Positions 23,568 through 38,451 of a stretch of 64,000 nt of DNA are shown here, in pieces; position 1 is the first letter of the stretch; each line of letters starts with the position of its first letter. The stretch lies in assembly GCA_010015585.1 (NCBI GenBank), contig ML975159.1. The stretch is one strand, 5' to 3'. This stretch comes from Eremomyces bilateralis CBS 781.70 (Eukaryota). Below the pieces are notes generated by a model, which saw only the letters and a list, made by a program, of their open reading frames with translations, made no database searches and was not told the DNA's origin. Position numbers and translations under genes: made by a program.

Positions 23568-25778
23568 TTACATCTTAGATTCACCATTCCGTCTCAGAGC
23601 AACCAGGAACTTCTCTGGTACCTCAATCACCTTGTCACGGATGTAGTCCGCAAATCCCTTTCCAAGTGCATCAAGACGCGCCGAACTACTAACCCCCCGT
23701 CCAAGAATTCCATAGATGACGAAATGGACCGCCCCAATCCTAGGGAACTCGACGCGTTCGATGAAATATTCATCGCGCCAGTCCTCGTCTAGGAGCTCCT
23801 GCATCCTCTCCCGGGACATGAACGAGCGGAACCAGTTCCACGCATCTTGATCCGTGGACTCGGACGTCACGCGTGGCTTGTACATATAGACTCCGAAGTT
23901 CACGTTCGGCCCTTTGTCCCCTGAGCGACCCAGAGCGATATCGCCGAGCCGGACGGACTGGGTTGGCCCAAAGCTCGACACGGCGGCGGGCGCGTCGGTG
24001 TTGTAGTTGAGTCGCTTCTCCAAAGCATCGTACTTCGGGGGATGTCCGGTTTCATACCTCTCTGCTTTCCCTGTCGCGTTATCCAGCACGTTCACCGCGG
24101 TCTCGAGCCGGTCCTGCTCGAAGAGAGCCGGGTAAAATGCCAGGTATGGTCGGGGGACCGCCGTTCGCATGTCAAGCGAGCAATGGAATCCTGCTTCGAG
24201 TCAGATTGGACGGGACCAACTTCATCCTGCTCCGCCTACCTGAGAAATGCTGCATGGAATTCTCGCCCATGGTCTTAACCAGCGAGTAGAGCGTTTCCTC
24301 CCGCGCCGCCTCCGCAAAGATTCGCATGTATGTCGTGCTCTTTTGCTGCGATCGCGGGTTTGGCTGAGGGACACCGAGACTATAATGCGTCAGTCGTTGG
24401 TCCGGCCAAATGACAAAGTCCACGGTTTTTCATACATCTGGAACTCCAGCAGATCGAAGTCATCGATGGTCCCCTGTTTCCTTAATCCGTTCCGCATTAT
24501 ACGCTCGTACAAGTCCCATTTCTCTGCTGTGGAATATCCTGTCGCATTTACTAGAATCTCATTGTGGAAGCCGCCTCGATAGAAGATCCCTAGCTTGGTG
24601 GTTGGGGGTGGAGGAGCACCTCGAATGCCACTAAGTCGGACTCTGGAAGATCAATTAGCCTTGAACATCGGGGCCAATTGTTCTTCATCCACGACACGAC
24701 TTACCTGTCCTTGCCAACTTCTTCGATCTTAACATTCTCGATATAGGCTTTGACATCGCTGTTCAAGTATACATTCCCTTGCAACTCGTACAAGAACTGG
24801 TTTTGTACTGTATCCACAGTCACCATACCTTTCGTATTGTCATGCTTTGTCGCTACGACACTCCCGTCCTTCGCTATTTCCGCAATGCCGAACGGCATCT
24901 CATAAAAGTTGTCCAGGTCGTATTCATGGAATCCCGAGAAATTCGCGCCGGTAACGTAGGCGGAACATTCGATCAGATGTCCTGCCACCAGGGCACCGGC
25001 AAGCTCATCGTACGATGTCGCCGACCATCCGTGCCAGTACTGAGCTGCTCCAATAACGGGCGACGCGTCTGCCACCCTGCCTGCGATGACGATGTCCGCT
25101 CCGAGCTCGAGGCCCTTGACGATCTCCCTGGCTCCCAGGTACGCGTTCGCAGCGACGATGGGCTTCGACTTATCCAAAACCGCCAGGCTATTCTTCGGGA
25201 GGTTCACGTCCGCGTTTCCGGAATCCAGGTGTGCAGGCAAACCCTCCTCGACGAGCTGATTGATCTTGGGCAGCAGGTTATCGCCCTCCACGTACGCGAC
25301 TTTCAGCGAATATCCACGGCTCTTCACTAGCTCCAGAACCTTCTCCGCGAGACCTCGGGGGTTCTGCGCCCCGCCGTTCACGACGACTTTGATCCGCTTC
25401 TCATTCAATATGTCGATCGTCTGCTCGATGCCGTCCCATGCGGTGGCTTCCCAGCCCGGGTGGTTACCCGCCGCCATGGCTTCGGCATTTTCGGCGATGT
25501 TCACCTCTTGTCTCAGTCAGCATCTCGTCCATCTTGCCCCTGCATATGTGGGGTTTTACTAAGGGCTTATTCACCAGCTAGATAGTCTCCCGTGATGAAA
25601 TCGACGTCGCCCAGCTCCGCCTGCATGCGCATGTTATATCCCGGATCCGCTATATATAATGTTAGACGATTCCTGATCTGAACATCTTAAAATCCATACC
25701 TTTGTATCCAGAGCAGTTGGCGACCCGCACGGGCCTTGTACCACGCTCACTCCATCGGTCTGCCTTTGCTGCGCCCAT
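23568..25778 (-). CDS. AtuA-like protein (DUF1446, acyclic terpene utilisation family)
   Basis: RPVRVANCSGY, DFITGDYLAE, VVVNGGAQNP, GADIVIAGRVADAS, GHLIECSAYVTG, QFLYELQG, RSGDKG, LDALGKGFADY. Confidence 0.88.
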
Positions 25779-26508
25779 TGTGAAAATCAAGTGTGTGGAA
25801 ATTATTATTTCTGTGAACTGCTGTTTGTATATCTAAAAGTAGGCTCTACTGCATTTTCAGGGATACCTACCAATTTGATCAAAATCCTCACCTCTACTAT
25901 TTCAGGAGGGGCGTACGGGTATCGGGACCATATGCGGGGTTACCGGTATGATTCACGATCCCCTTTCAATGACCGAATCCTGCACATCCACGACTAACCT
26001 CCTACATCGGTCTCGGTTTAGAGCCGGCAATACCATTTTGGAGTATTTTGGTTAATAGTAAATTAGTAACAAAGTGTGAGCTAATATTGCTACATATTGA
26101 TCCCCTCCCTAGCGTTACCCTCAAAACATTGCCGGCCTCCTCGGCAAGAGAAGGCCATGCAATTGGGCCATCTACCTATTTGCAGCACGGATACGTTGTT
26201 ATGCGGTTATGGGGGTATCTACGCTAGCGAATCGAAGTTCGAGCTACTTAATTGCTACCCAAAGAAAGCTATGCTGGCATGCGGAGATTCGCGTTCCAGC
26301 TTGTTGATCGCGGCAAATCGCTGTCGGATATGGCAGGATAGGGACGATGAAGTACCATGGGATTGATTCCATCCCCTCCTTTACACTGAATGCTTTCCTT
26401 TACCATAAACGTAGAGTGTGTGTGAAAGTCTATCCTTTTCTTCATAAGCCGCAAGTCGACATTATCTGAGTCCTTATAATAGTTTCAAAGAGCGCGGAAT
26501 CTTACAAT

Positions 26509-28468
26509 ATGTCTGTAGGCACAACCACTGATGGCACCAGTGGCCTTGGGAGTAATGGGCAAGAGTACTCGGTTCCAAGAGCTACGGAGGAACTATTTAA
26601 CACTGGTCTATTGAAGAATCCTCTGGTATCCCGCAATCTCCCCAAGGAGGCAGAAGAATGTTCGAAATCCATCCGGTTCGAAGGGAACGAAAGCCCCAGC
26701 ATCCCCATCAACTGGAGATTCGCAGAGAGTATCTCGTCTCTGAAGGGACTGGAAGCCACCATGATCAATATCCTTCTGAAGAGGAAGTATAACGTCGATG
26801 CAAAGGAAGTGGTCATCAATACGTGAGAATCCCAGTCATGCACACCGGATCCATAATTGACCGGACACAGTGATCACGCCCAGCTGTTTGTCATGTCTGC
26901 TTTCTTGTGGGTACTCGACCCAGATGGAGAGAAGGTCCCCTTTGGCAGCCCCCAGAAGAACGCACTGAAAGAGAAATACTTCCCTGATTACGACCTCCAC
27001 GGGGCAGGGAAAACTCCCTACAGGACCGCCGCGACCAACATTTATCGATGCAAAGACGGCAGGTACTTCCATCTCCACGGTACGTAGGCCCTCGGATGAA
27101 TATATATGCATCAAGTACTCATAGGAATCATAGGAAGCATGAATGCCCATCCTACCCAGGACAGCCTCGGCCTCCCGCACGACAACCCAACCACGACCTA
27201 CGAAGAATCCATCCAACCTTACATCGACAAACTCTCGCAGATCGACTCCGCCACCATGCAGCCCCTCGCCTCCGACCAGTTCAAGCAAGCCGGCACCATC
27301 TGCTGGACGACCGACGAATACAAAACCAGCGCCCACGGCCGCGCCAACTCGCACATCAGCCTCTGGGACATCCACTCCGTCCCGAACCCTACGCAGCCCC
27401 CCTGCTGGTGGCCCTCGATCGCCGAAACCGGTCCTTCGCGCCCGCTGGCCGGGCTGAAAGTCATCGACCTGACGCGCGTCATCGCTGCGCCGGCCGTGAC
27501 CCGGGGACTGGCGGAGCTGGGCGCCAGCGTACTGCGGATCACGGCGCCGCACGTCACAGACATGACGAGCTTGCATCCAGATCTGTGCTGGGGGAAGTGG
27601 AACGCGCATCTGGACCTGCGGGACGAGGGGCAGCGGGAGACGATGCGGGGGTTGATTTTAGAGGCAGACGTGGTAGTGTCGGGGTACCGGCCGGGGGTGA
27701 TGGACAAGTATGGGTTTTCGCAGGAGGAGATTTTGGAATTGTGTAAGGGGAGGGAGAGAGGGGTAGTCGTGGTGAGGGAGAATTGCTATGGGTGGAATGG
27801 GGAGTGGAGTTATCGGAGTGGGTGGCAGCAGATTAGCGATGCGAACTGTGGTGTGTCGATGGAGTTCGGGAGAGCGATGGGGAATGATGAGCCGGTTACG
27901 CCGGTGTTTCCGAATTCGGATTATTGGTATGTCATCGTGTGCTTATTTCCATTTGTCGGTGCTAATTTGGTCGATAGCACTGGAGTCGCAGGAGTTATCG
28001 GCATCTTGGATGCCATCCTTCGACGAGGCTCTGACGGCGGGTCGTATAAAGTTGACGTATGTCTCCATGTCATAGAATGCATGGAACGGTTCATTGACAA
28101 TCACTTAGCTTTCCCTCAACTACTACTCGCAGTGGCTCGTCAACAGCGTCGGAGTCTACCCCGACGCAGTGTGGCAGGATGTCTGGAACCGCAACGGACG
28201 CCTGGTGTTCCGCCACTACCATCACATGGGATACACCATCCCACGCTTCATGAAAATGCTGACCGACAACGCGAAAGATGTGGTCCTGAAAGACGAGTTC
28301 TTCGAGAACCGGCCGTCGCGGCTGCTCGGGAAGCCGTTCAGAACCGTCAAGCCGGTCATCCAGTACCGGCAGGGACCGGTGGAGCTGCGGTACAACGTGT
28401 CAACACGAGGGAACGGGATCGATAAACCGCAGTGGCCGAAGGATTTGATGACGGAATTGATTGCGTAA
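26509..28468 (+). CDS. Family III CoA-transferase (CaiB/BaiF)
   Basis: PLAGLKVIDLTRVIAAP, LAELGASVLR, ADVVVSGYRPG, RSGWQQISD, FPNSDY; several introns. Confidence 0.9.
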
Positions 28469-28672
28469 ATATACCTCTAGTACGCTATGTTGCAACTGAG
28501 ACGCGTTCCCTGAACCAAACAGAAGGGGCATTTCTGAGCCACGCGACAAAACGCCACCCATGTGATGTTGATATATCGAGTATCCGACGCTGACCGTTCC
28601 AAGAAATGTATCCTGCGCCAGAATCCGACTAACTTTGTACTCCAAGGATTCCCCTATTAGAATTAGGGGTGC

Positions 28673-29935
28673 TCATACATCTCGTCGATCCAAAAGCTCG
28701 TAGGAGCCCGCTCTATCACCCTTACTGAAATAGCGTAGGATGGGTAGTCGTCGAAGAAACGACCTTGAATTCGGATGATATCGCTTTCGCGGGGATCCGG
28801 GTCCGGATCCATATCCGCCTAGGCACCATCGTCGGTAGAGCCAATATGACCCGGAGAAAGCAAAGCCAGCGATGACGAAACCGAAGATGGTCACAAGTAA
28901 CCAGTTGCTTCTCAGCTGCGAGCGGTTAGACGGGGGGTGCCTTGAAATATCGCAGGTGGAGGCGCTCAATAGCAATACATACCCACATAATGAACTGCAC
29001 ATCCTTCTCATGCCAGCTGTTCCCTACATTATGCACGAAGAAGCTCCACACATGATCTTTGTACTCGTCTGGGAACAAGATGCGGATGCGATCATCGCCA
29101 ACCGGGTCGTCGTTGTTATAGTGTCGCCACATGACGCTCAGGAACAACGGCCCCGTGCTCGCCATCACGGTGATGTATGGGAGGAACCAGCTGCGATTGT
29201 ATTTCGAGAGGCTGTCGATGACGCGGAGGAAGAAGGGATGCTGCGGCACGGAGCCCATAGCATCGTTGCTAATGCCGGTGGGCAGGGTGCGTCGGAGCCA
29301 GGCGCTGTAGGAGAGGAGGGGGTCTAATCGTCGGTTGCAGCCCTGTGATCGATCAGTCCTGGGTGGTCTAGGGTATGGCTACGGATATCGTACATCATCC
29401 AAGTCGATGTATATGCCGCCGAAATGTGATAATATAAAATATCGGATGGCGTCGGCGCGCTGGATGTTGAAAGGGTAGCCGTCCCAGGTATCGAGGAACC
29501 AAGGATATCTGGAGAATACAGTCAGAGCCTGGCCGATGTTATGGATATAACAAAAACTTACTCGGCTACTATAAACTCCCGTGCAGAATCATCGGTCCAT
29601 AGCTACAATCCCTAGTCTCAGCATGTCTTCTACAACCGCAACAAGTCCCGCCATACCTTATACTCGTAATCCGGATGCAGCTCAATACAACTCCGCTGCG
29701 CCTCCTTCCACACCTCCGGAATCGTCTCATTCTTATACGTCTGATGTATAATCTTCGGAATCAACTGCCTTCGCCCGTCGATCAGGCTCGAGTTCGGCGC
29801 GGGCAACTCCGCGCGCGAGATGGCATCCTGCGACCCGTCGACGACGAGGAGGCTCAGTAGCGTCCACACCTGGCCGACCAGGAAGAAGATGATGGCGACG
29901 TTGACCAGGAGGAAGAGCGCGAGGCCGCGCCGCAT
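28673..29935 (-). CDS. SUR1: Mannosylinositol phosphorylceramide synthase (Sur1/Csh1, GT32)
   Basis: IPKIIHQTY, QRADAIRYFILSHFGGIYIDLD (DXD), PTGISND, HPFF, STGPLFLS, GNSWH, C-terminal TM. Confidence 0.9.
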
Positions 29936-30896
29936 GGTGACGGGTTATTGGAGGGGGGATGGACCATAGGCGGTGCGAAGGGGAGTGATGGAGCGACTCG
30001 TGCGGCCGCTAGAAGGTTGCGGAGTGGACGAGCGGTTGTCAAGGGGAATCGCAGCGCCGCACTTGCTAGGTTTCATTTGTACATGGGATTGAACAGGACG
30101 GTAGTTCGAAGGATTAAGAGTTGAAAGGAGGTTGTTTCGAGGCGGTATTCCAGGAGAAATGAACTTGTCGACAGCAGTCGCTCATCGTCTTACTCCCGTA
30201 CGCGAATCGAGTGTTCAGGGTCTGATCGTGGACTGACATAAGATCCCTCGTCTCTAGCCTGATCGGGTATCGGTCGTGATCAGCGGGGGTAGTATTTCCA
30301 AATGGTCCACTCAGGGCTTGGGGCTGTGTAAGGTATATTCAACTACTCGTCAAGTACGGAGGATAATTTTATAGAAAATGGAATGTGAGACGAATAATCG
30401 TGTGTATCCTGAGGACGGTGGATGAGAATGAGACGAAAAGGGTCCCCCTACCTGGATGGATTTATATTTTATCACGCGTGGCTGGGTCTCCCGTGGTTTC
30501 GTAATACGTAACTCGCCCAAAGGGTTTCAGCTGGCTCCCAATCAGCCATTCGGGATTCTGTCAATACGATGGATTTGTGGTATACCAGCCGGTTGATACC
30601 CAATTTGCTACGAGAAGTCGTCCTTTGACGTCAAATTGAGTAAGCAGGGTCTGTGGATTGATGAGTTTCGTCGGATCTTGGTGTAGACTGGCTTTCGACA
30701 GGCAGAATACACACGACGGTAAGAAAGTCAAGGAAGACAGTCGTGATAGAATAGATAAACTAAACAACATCATGGACATGTCTATCATGCTAGCTAAAAG
30801 ACTAGACTCAAGCCCAACCCAGGGGTATATCCACACATGCACCTATATACGCCTGCCCAACTCCAGGAATGCGATCATCAACCATAATATACCCGT

Positions 30897-31892
30897 TCAT
30901 GACATCTTCTGCCGCTTCGCACCCAATCCAGACTGTCCTGGCCCTCCCCTTCCCCTCTTCCGCTCCATCTCCTCCCTCATGATCCTCTCCGCTTCGCTCA
31001 TCTTCTTCGGCTGCGGCATCACGGGCCCCGCCTTCTTCCCCGCCAACGGATTCTTCTTCGCCGACAACGGATTCACCTTCGCCTTGCCCAAAGAGATCCC
31101 TACCGATGGCTTATCCGCCGTAGAACCGTTAGCGGTGGCCGGCGCCGCCGCCTTAGGCGTGAAATCCAGCGCGATCTTCTCTCCCTCTTTCCGCTCCAAC
31201 TCCCTCGCCTCGTTCGGCTGTATCATTTCCTCCCCGACAGCCGCCTTCGCGCGCTCGACTTGCTCGGCGATCTGCCGCTGCTCGCGCTCTTCGTCGCCCT
31301 TGTCTTGCCGCTCCTTGCGCTGGACCGCCTCTTTCCGGCGGAGCGCTTCGGGGGTGTTGTCGATCCACTGGATGAAAAGGCCTTTGTCGGTCTCCTCGAC
31401 ACGGCAGATGCCTTCGCGGCCAAGGTGTTGGGCTAGTTGGGTCAGGCTGGACCATTTGGTGGCGTTCATGTGGGTGTGTGATTTGTTCGCGATATACTCT
31501 TGGTACTGCGCATCCGATGTTAGTAACCTAATATTGAGGGAATAAGGGAAAGACACGTACGAATTTATTCATATGGACCTGCTTCTCCCCATGAGCGGTC
31601 CTCAGTAACTGAAGAAAGTCTTTCAGGAACTGGTTCGAGTAGTCGTTGATGAACTTGTTGGAATTTTCGCCGACGAGAAGCATTTGTCGCACATGCGCTT
31701 CGGACATGGTATGTTGCTTGAAGCCATTCTCATCTCGCATCTGTCTCTCGCATCTATGATCTTGTCAGCCATGATCGCCCAAGTCGAGGCGGGGAGATCT
31801 TACACTTGACAGTACCATCGTAATCGCTGTAGACCTTTGGACTTGAGTTTGTTGTTGAGGTATTTCGTCGAACCCACTTCGGCTTTCGGCAT
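30897..31892 (-). CDS. KIN17: KIN17/Rts2 zinc-finger protein
   Basis: KSKGLQRLRWYCQ..CERQMRDENGFKQHTMSEAH, HMNATKWSSLT..LGREG. Confidence 0.92.
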
Positions 31893-32326
31893 CTTGCCAG
31901 GAGAATGAGAATGTTACAGCAGTAAGCACCTGTAGATGCCCTCACACCATAGAATAATGCACCGGCTCTTGTGTAGTTGTGTAGTTGTGCTCCCATCGTT
32001 CTGATTTCGAAGTGGCGTTGAGGCGGAAGGCGATGACACGTGACTCAGCCCTACGGTACTACCGGCGGTTGCCCTACCAACGGCTCCCATGCACCACAAC
32101 ACTCCAGCCAGGCACATGAAACACTCCACCAGAGACCACCATCTTTCCGGCTTGACTCCATCTCAACTCTGATTCAATGTCGCTTGAAATCAATCGATAC
32201 TCTATTTTGGAACTTTTGGAGCCATTATTTCCTGTCCCGAGCCTAAAAAGTCTTAGCTTCATCGTGTCTTAAACAATCTGCCTCTATCAACAAAGTTTAT
32301 AGTGCATGCGACGATAGATTCCGCCC

Positions 32327-35300
32327 ATGGATCCTTCCAACGACCCGCCCGGGTATTCTGGCCCTCCAGCATATGAGGATGACAGTTCAGATATTACAGG
32401 TGCCCGCCACCATGGTGCATCAATGCGACTACTCGCATCCGGAGACGATGGCAGTTACAGACCGTCAGTACCCCAGCCTTCATCTCCCTCTGTCAGCATT
32501 CCTCCAGCAGCTCTTCCAAGACATTCCGCGCTTTACCGTAGGGAAGTACCCAACCACCGCCAGGCCGTCGAGGTAAAGGTCGAGAAAGCTCTCAAAGAGC
32601 TTCTGGACGAAGCCAAGCAGACGTTCATGGCCGAAGACCAGAAGACATATCGCGGTGCTAATCATCTCAAATCTCCCGGCTTGCCGAATGCTTCTCCTCT
32701 CCGTAATCAAGTTTCCTTCGAAGAGAACAACAACTCATATGCAAGCAACAACAGACCTTCCCCGATCCGCTCCTACCGCCGCCCGATCTCGTCGCTCAGC
32801 CATTCGCGCTCCGGATCCGTCCTCGACCACGCCCCCGATATCCCCCCGCCACAGACGGATGCACCGCCGTACATGCATTCGCGGTCGCCGTCATCTCTAT
32901 CGCGCCATTCGCCCACTCGCTCATGGACGCCGTCCCGTGCTTCGACCGGAGATTGGACCCGTCCGCCCGCATCGAACGTGCCATATGAACCGGTCGACAT
33001 CAACGGCAGCCCCAGGCCCGGCACGCCATCTTCGCACTATGGCGGCAGCCCGAAACGGCCGTTGCCGCCCGCGCCATTGTTTGCGGGAGGTAGGCCGATC
33101 TCAAGAGATTCTGCGAGTGGTGTCGACATGACCACGATCCCGATCAACGACGGTGACGACCCGTTCGGTTCGTCGATCGGCGGGACTAGAACTCGTCCGG
33201 ATCTCACCAACAGAGAATCTTTCATGTCAGAAGACACATTCACATCGGACAGCTACCCGGAGAAGGAGTTCGCTGAGAACTATGGACCGGCGCCTGACGG
33301 AGCTCAAACTCGGCGCGGCGCGAGAGAGGCTCTGATGACCAAGAAAGAAGTACGCCTTGTCAACGGTGAACTGATTCTTGAGTGCAAGATCCCAACCATC
33401 CTATACAGCTTCCTTCCCCAGCGCAGCGAGGTTGAGTTTACTCACATGCGCTACACCGCCGTGACCTGCGATCCGGATGATTTCGTCGACAAAGGTTATA
33501 AGCTGCGACAGAACTTCGGAACGACACTACGAGAAACAGAGCTGTTCATCTGCGTGACCATGTACAACGAAGACGAGATCGGCTTCACGCGCACGATGCA
33601 CGGGATTATGCGCAACATTAGCCACTTCTGCTCGAGACAGAAGAGTCGAACGTGGGGTAAAGACGGGTGGCAGAAGATCGTCGTCTGCGTCGTTGCGGAT
33701 GGCCGTGCGAATGTCCATCCGAGGACACTCGACGCACTGGCTGCGATGGGAGTCTACCAGAACGGAATTGCGAAAAACACCGTTAATGATAAGGAAGTTA
33801 CTGCGCATGTATACGAATACACGACGCAAGTCTCCTTGGACGGCGACCTGAAGTTCAAAGGTGCCGAAAAGGGCATCGTTCCATGCCAGATGATCTTCTG
33901 CCTCAAAGAACGCAACGAGAAGAAACTCAATTCCCATCGCTGGTTCTTCAACGCTTTCGGCCGCTCCCTGAACCCCAACGTCTGCATTCTCCTCGACGTC
34001 GGCACCAAGCCGGCTAACACCGCGCTCTACCATCTGTGGAAGGCCTTCGACACCGACTCGAACGTCGCCGGTGCCGCAGGGGAGATCGTAGCCGGGAAAG
34101 GCAAAGGATGGCTCGGTCTTTTGAATCCTCTGGTCGCGTCGCAGAACTTCGAGTACAAGATGTCAAATATCCTCGACAAGCCGCTCGAGTCGGTGTTCGG
34201 GTACATCACGGTCCTTCCGGGTGCGCTGAGTGCATATCGATACCACGCCTTGCAGAACGACGAGACGGGGCATGGGCCGCTCAGTCAGTACTTCAAGGGC
34301 GAGACCCTGCATGGACAGGATGCGGATGTCTTCACCGCCAACATGTATCTTGCGGAAGATCGTATTCTCTGTTGGGAGCTGGTCGCGAAGCGGAATGAGA
34401 GATGGGTGTTGAAGTATGTTCGGAGTGCGAAAGGCGAGACGGACGTGCCAGGTAAGCAATATCTCTAGAAATGGGGAAGAGATAACGCTGACAGCCGTTA
34501 AAAGATGCCGTTCCTGAATTTATTTCTCAGAGAAGACGCTGGTTGAATGGCGCGTTCTTCGCCGCGGTGTACTCCCTCCTCCATTTCAAGCAGATCTGGA
34601 GGACGGATCATTCGGTCTGGCGCAAAATCCTTTTGCATATCGAATTCGTCTACCAGGCAATTCAACTCGTCTTCACATACCTATCACTAGTAAGTTTCCG
34701 CTATGAAATACTGAGCAAGCACTTACCGATATAGGCAAACTTCTACCTCACCTTCTACTTCATTGCTGGATCCCTCGGAGATCCAGAGATGGACCCGTTT
34801 GGTCATGGGATTGGAAAAATCATCTTTTTCATCCTCCGCTACACGACCATCCTCCTAATCTGCACGCAGTTCATCTTGTCGATGGGAAATCGACCGCAAG
34901 GAGCCAAGCGCATGTTCCTCGCGTCGATGGTCATCTACTCCATCGTCATGGCATACACGACGTTCGCCAGTCTCTACATCGTCATCAAGCAGCTAAAAAA
35001 CGCTGATTCAACCTTGGGAATAGGCAACAACCTCTTCACCAACCTCGTCGTCTCCACCCTCTCCACCATCGGCCTCTACTTCATCATGTCCTTCCTCTAC
35101 CTCGACCCCTGGCATATGTTCACCTCCTCCGCGCAGTACTTCGCTCTCCTCCCCAGCTACCTCTGCACCCTGCAAGTTTACGCCTTCTGCAACGCCCACG
35201 ACGTCACCTGGGGCACCAAAGGCGACAACATCAGCCGCACAAATCTCGGCTCCGCGCGCGGCACCGGAAAAAACAACGTCGTCGAGGTCGAGATGCCCTC

Positions 35301-35799
35301 GGAGCAACTCGACATCGACTCCTGCTACGACGAAGCGCTCCGCAACCTCCGCGACCGCCTCGAGGTCGCCAAGCCCGGCATCAGCGACGTCCAGGCTCAG
35401 GAGGACTACTACCGTGCAGTGCGCACCTACATGGTGCTCGTGTGGTTGTGCGCCAACGCCATCCTCGCCATGGCCGTCAGCGAGGCGTACAGCAGCACAC
35501 ACGTCGCGAACAACTACTACCTCACCGCCATCCTGTGGGCGGTGGCGGCACTAGCGCTATTCCGCGCGGTCGGCAGCTCGGCGTTCGGGGTCATCAATGT
35601 TATTCATTCCATCGCGGAGGGGAAGATGAAGTGGTCAAGTCAGTGGGAGGAGTCGTCGAGGGGTTATGGGCGGTCGTCGACGACGGGGAGTGGGGTCAGT
35701 GGGGGGGCGGCGTGGTTGAGAGGGAGGGGGTGGGGGATCGGGGGGAAGCTGAGCTTTTTGAATCCGAGGACGTGGGGGGGTGCGGTGGGAAAGGCGTGA
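32327..35799 (+). CDS. Chitin synthase, probably class II
   Basis: [70 protein letters not shown]. Class assigned from [13 protein letters not shown]. Confidence 0.93.
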
Positions 35800-35991
35800 A
35801 ATCGTCTCGGATCTGGATGATTATAATGGAGTCAGGATTAATGATGTTCGGGATGTTTGGGATGGATTGGGATGGTAGTCAGGGAGGCGTTTGGGATTAC
35901 CCTTTTCTTTCCAATAAAAGTTACCAATCAGGGCACTCTTCAGTCATCGACTCATTTTCCCTTTTGAGTTCCCCGATAAACTGCCCCTTGC

Positions 35992-37382
35992 TCATCGCGG
36001 ACGCCGCCACGCCTCATACTTATCCCAAATGCAACTCTCGCTCAACAACAGCCGTCTCCCGCACGTACACGCCGGATACTCATCCAGCGCCAGCCACGGC
36101 CGTGTCGCCGCCGCCGCCCTCATCAACGCATCCAGCTCCCTTCGAACCGTTCCCCTCTCTTCGTCTTCCTCGGTCTCGTCGATCGTCAGGCGGATCTCCA
36201 CCTCTGCAAGCCGCGCGACGTGTTGCAGGAAGTTCCGCGCGCCCTCGTAGTGTCGGATGCCGTGCGGTTCACCTAGCGCTGGAGTGGTGAAGACGGCCTC
36301 GGCGCCGTTGTACCATGGGGCATGCCACCAGAAGTCTTTGTCGATCAGGAGCTCGAATGCTTTCAGACCTGGTGTCGTGTGGACCAAGGCGTTGAAACTG
36401 GGCTGTTATTGTCGATTCTGGCTCAGGAGAGGGTAGCTTACATGCGTCTCCAAGCGCCGATGAAGGTTCGGGGAGCCGGGGGGATGGATCCGGTGATGTT
36501 GTAGCAGCCTTTGAACTTGATGGATGCGTCGGTGCAGAACCGCATGCTCATGTTACGGATATACCGCAATCGAGGCATCCTATCATGCAAGAATGCAAGC
36601 GTTGACTTTGCGGTACCTATCAACCATTAGTCTCATATGCATACGACTTAAGGGTCACCCGGCCCACCAAGAAACCGAAATTGATTCTCTCCGTAAAATA
36701 TCGTCGCCGCTTCTTCTCCAACAGATCGATTGACTTGAAACAAAGCTACAATAGGCCACGTCCCAGAACCTAATAGCCGACACGTATATGTGGTTCTCTT
36801 GCGCACTACTCGCGAATCGCCAACATCCACTTCATATTCCGTCCGCCGTTTCAATGTCGTCGGAACACTGTATGTCGACCAATCCCCTACGCTAACCCTC
36901 CCTCGACGAAGACAAATCTGATAGATCCGCGTCTTGATCGAGGGAGGCAGGTCCACGAACCGGAAGATCGGCGTCGCATCTTCAATCACGACATCCTTCG
37001 GCGCGTCTACGTCGATCTGCTGCCCAGTCACCAGCGCCACCGCCTCCCGAAGAGATCTCCAGACCTTCACGCATTCTCGCGGATACCCACCAATCCGCCA
37101 GCTCACCTCATCCACAATTTCCAAGTACTCGTCGACAAACCCAGAGTCCATGTAGTCCCCCGACAGCAGCGCGTTCCGCAGCCGATCCGGCACGGACTCG
37201 GGTCGCGACGAGCGAAGGTCATGGTACAGGCCGGCGGGGAGGGAGGTCACGCGGACGAGGAAGATGAACTTGAGGCTTTGGTGGAAGACGCTGAGCCTGT
37301 AGGGCGTGGCGGTAGATAGATCTTCGGCGGTCATGAATGGTGGGGTGTCGCAGACACGGTGGAGGACCCAGTTACGCGCCAT
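35992..37382 (-). CDS. Hypothetical fungal protein with an F-box-like motif
   Basis: FRFVDLPPSIKTRIYQICL and LFQVNRSVGEEAATIFYGENQFRF; probably three exons (36648-37382, 36438-36623, 35992-36387). Confidence 0.6.
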
Positions 37383-38451
37383 GACTACCGATTATGGGAT
37401 AACGCCAGAGTACCAAGATGTCTCTAGTGCCAAAATCAAGCCAGCTGGAGGACAGGAATAACAATACACGAAGGAAGGACTACTCAACGAATGAAAACGG
37501 CAGTAGCATGATGGGTGAAGTGGTCGGGATGAATAGAAAATGCCCAACATCAAAATGAAGGACGACAAACTATCGCACTCAATCAAAGCATCCAAAGCGC
37601 AACTTGATCATTTCATATCCTTTTAGTATTTGTAACTCGAAGTATCTTCCAAACGTGCATCAATTATCAAATATCAAATGTTCTTGAGAAATGTCAGCAG
37701 CAATGTTGGGGTTGTGACACTAACCCAATTCGGCCTAGCGTTCTCTTACCGATTCCACACTGTGCCAAGCCTCTCCTCCAAAATCCTCACCCACACAACG
37801 CCTCCTCCCACTCTCATCAACTGCGACCGCACAATCATCGTCAATTTGCATCGTCAACACTCGCAACGATGCCGGTACGTTCTCGAATCCATCCGTCGAT
37901 GCTTCAGATGATATTAATGCCGCCATAGTCCCACAAGTCTTTCCGAACCAAGCAGAAGCTTGCGAAGGCCCAAAAGCAGAACAGGCCCATTCCTCAATGG
38001 ATCCGTCTCCGAACCAACAATACCATTCGGTGCGGAATCCCTCACATCCATCCTTCTTGAGAGATAGAATCATTAGGATAGGGTAGAATACTGACGAGAA
38101 GAACTGCAGGTACAACGCTAAGAGGAGACATTGGCGCAAGACCCGCATCGGAATCTGATTTCGATCCCCTCTCGAACTGCATCTCATTCTCGGCGCCGGC
38201 GGATTTTCCTTTTTCGGGGCCATCATGGACAGCATGACAAAACGATTCGAAGGATGTGGTTTCAAAAGCAAGAACGGGAGCGGAGGATAGTGGCCATCGA
38301 CACAACCCTGGAACACCTTCGGGGGAGAACGGTGGATATCACTCTATGATTGTACATTCGAGCATGACCCTACTTGAATGTTATGGCTTCCCACAAATTG
38401 CATGGCTGGTTACAAATGAACCGATCCGGACCGCTTCTCAATACCACTCAC

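Noticed and set aside
37735..38316. 193-aa minus-strand ORF
   Set aside because: No recognisable motif or coding-like composition; probably spurious.
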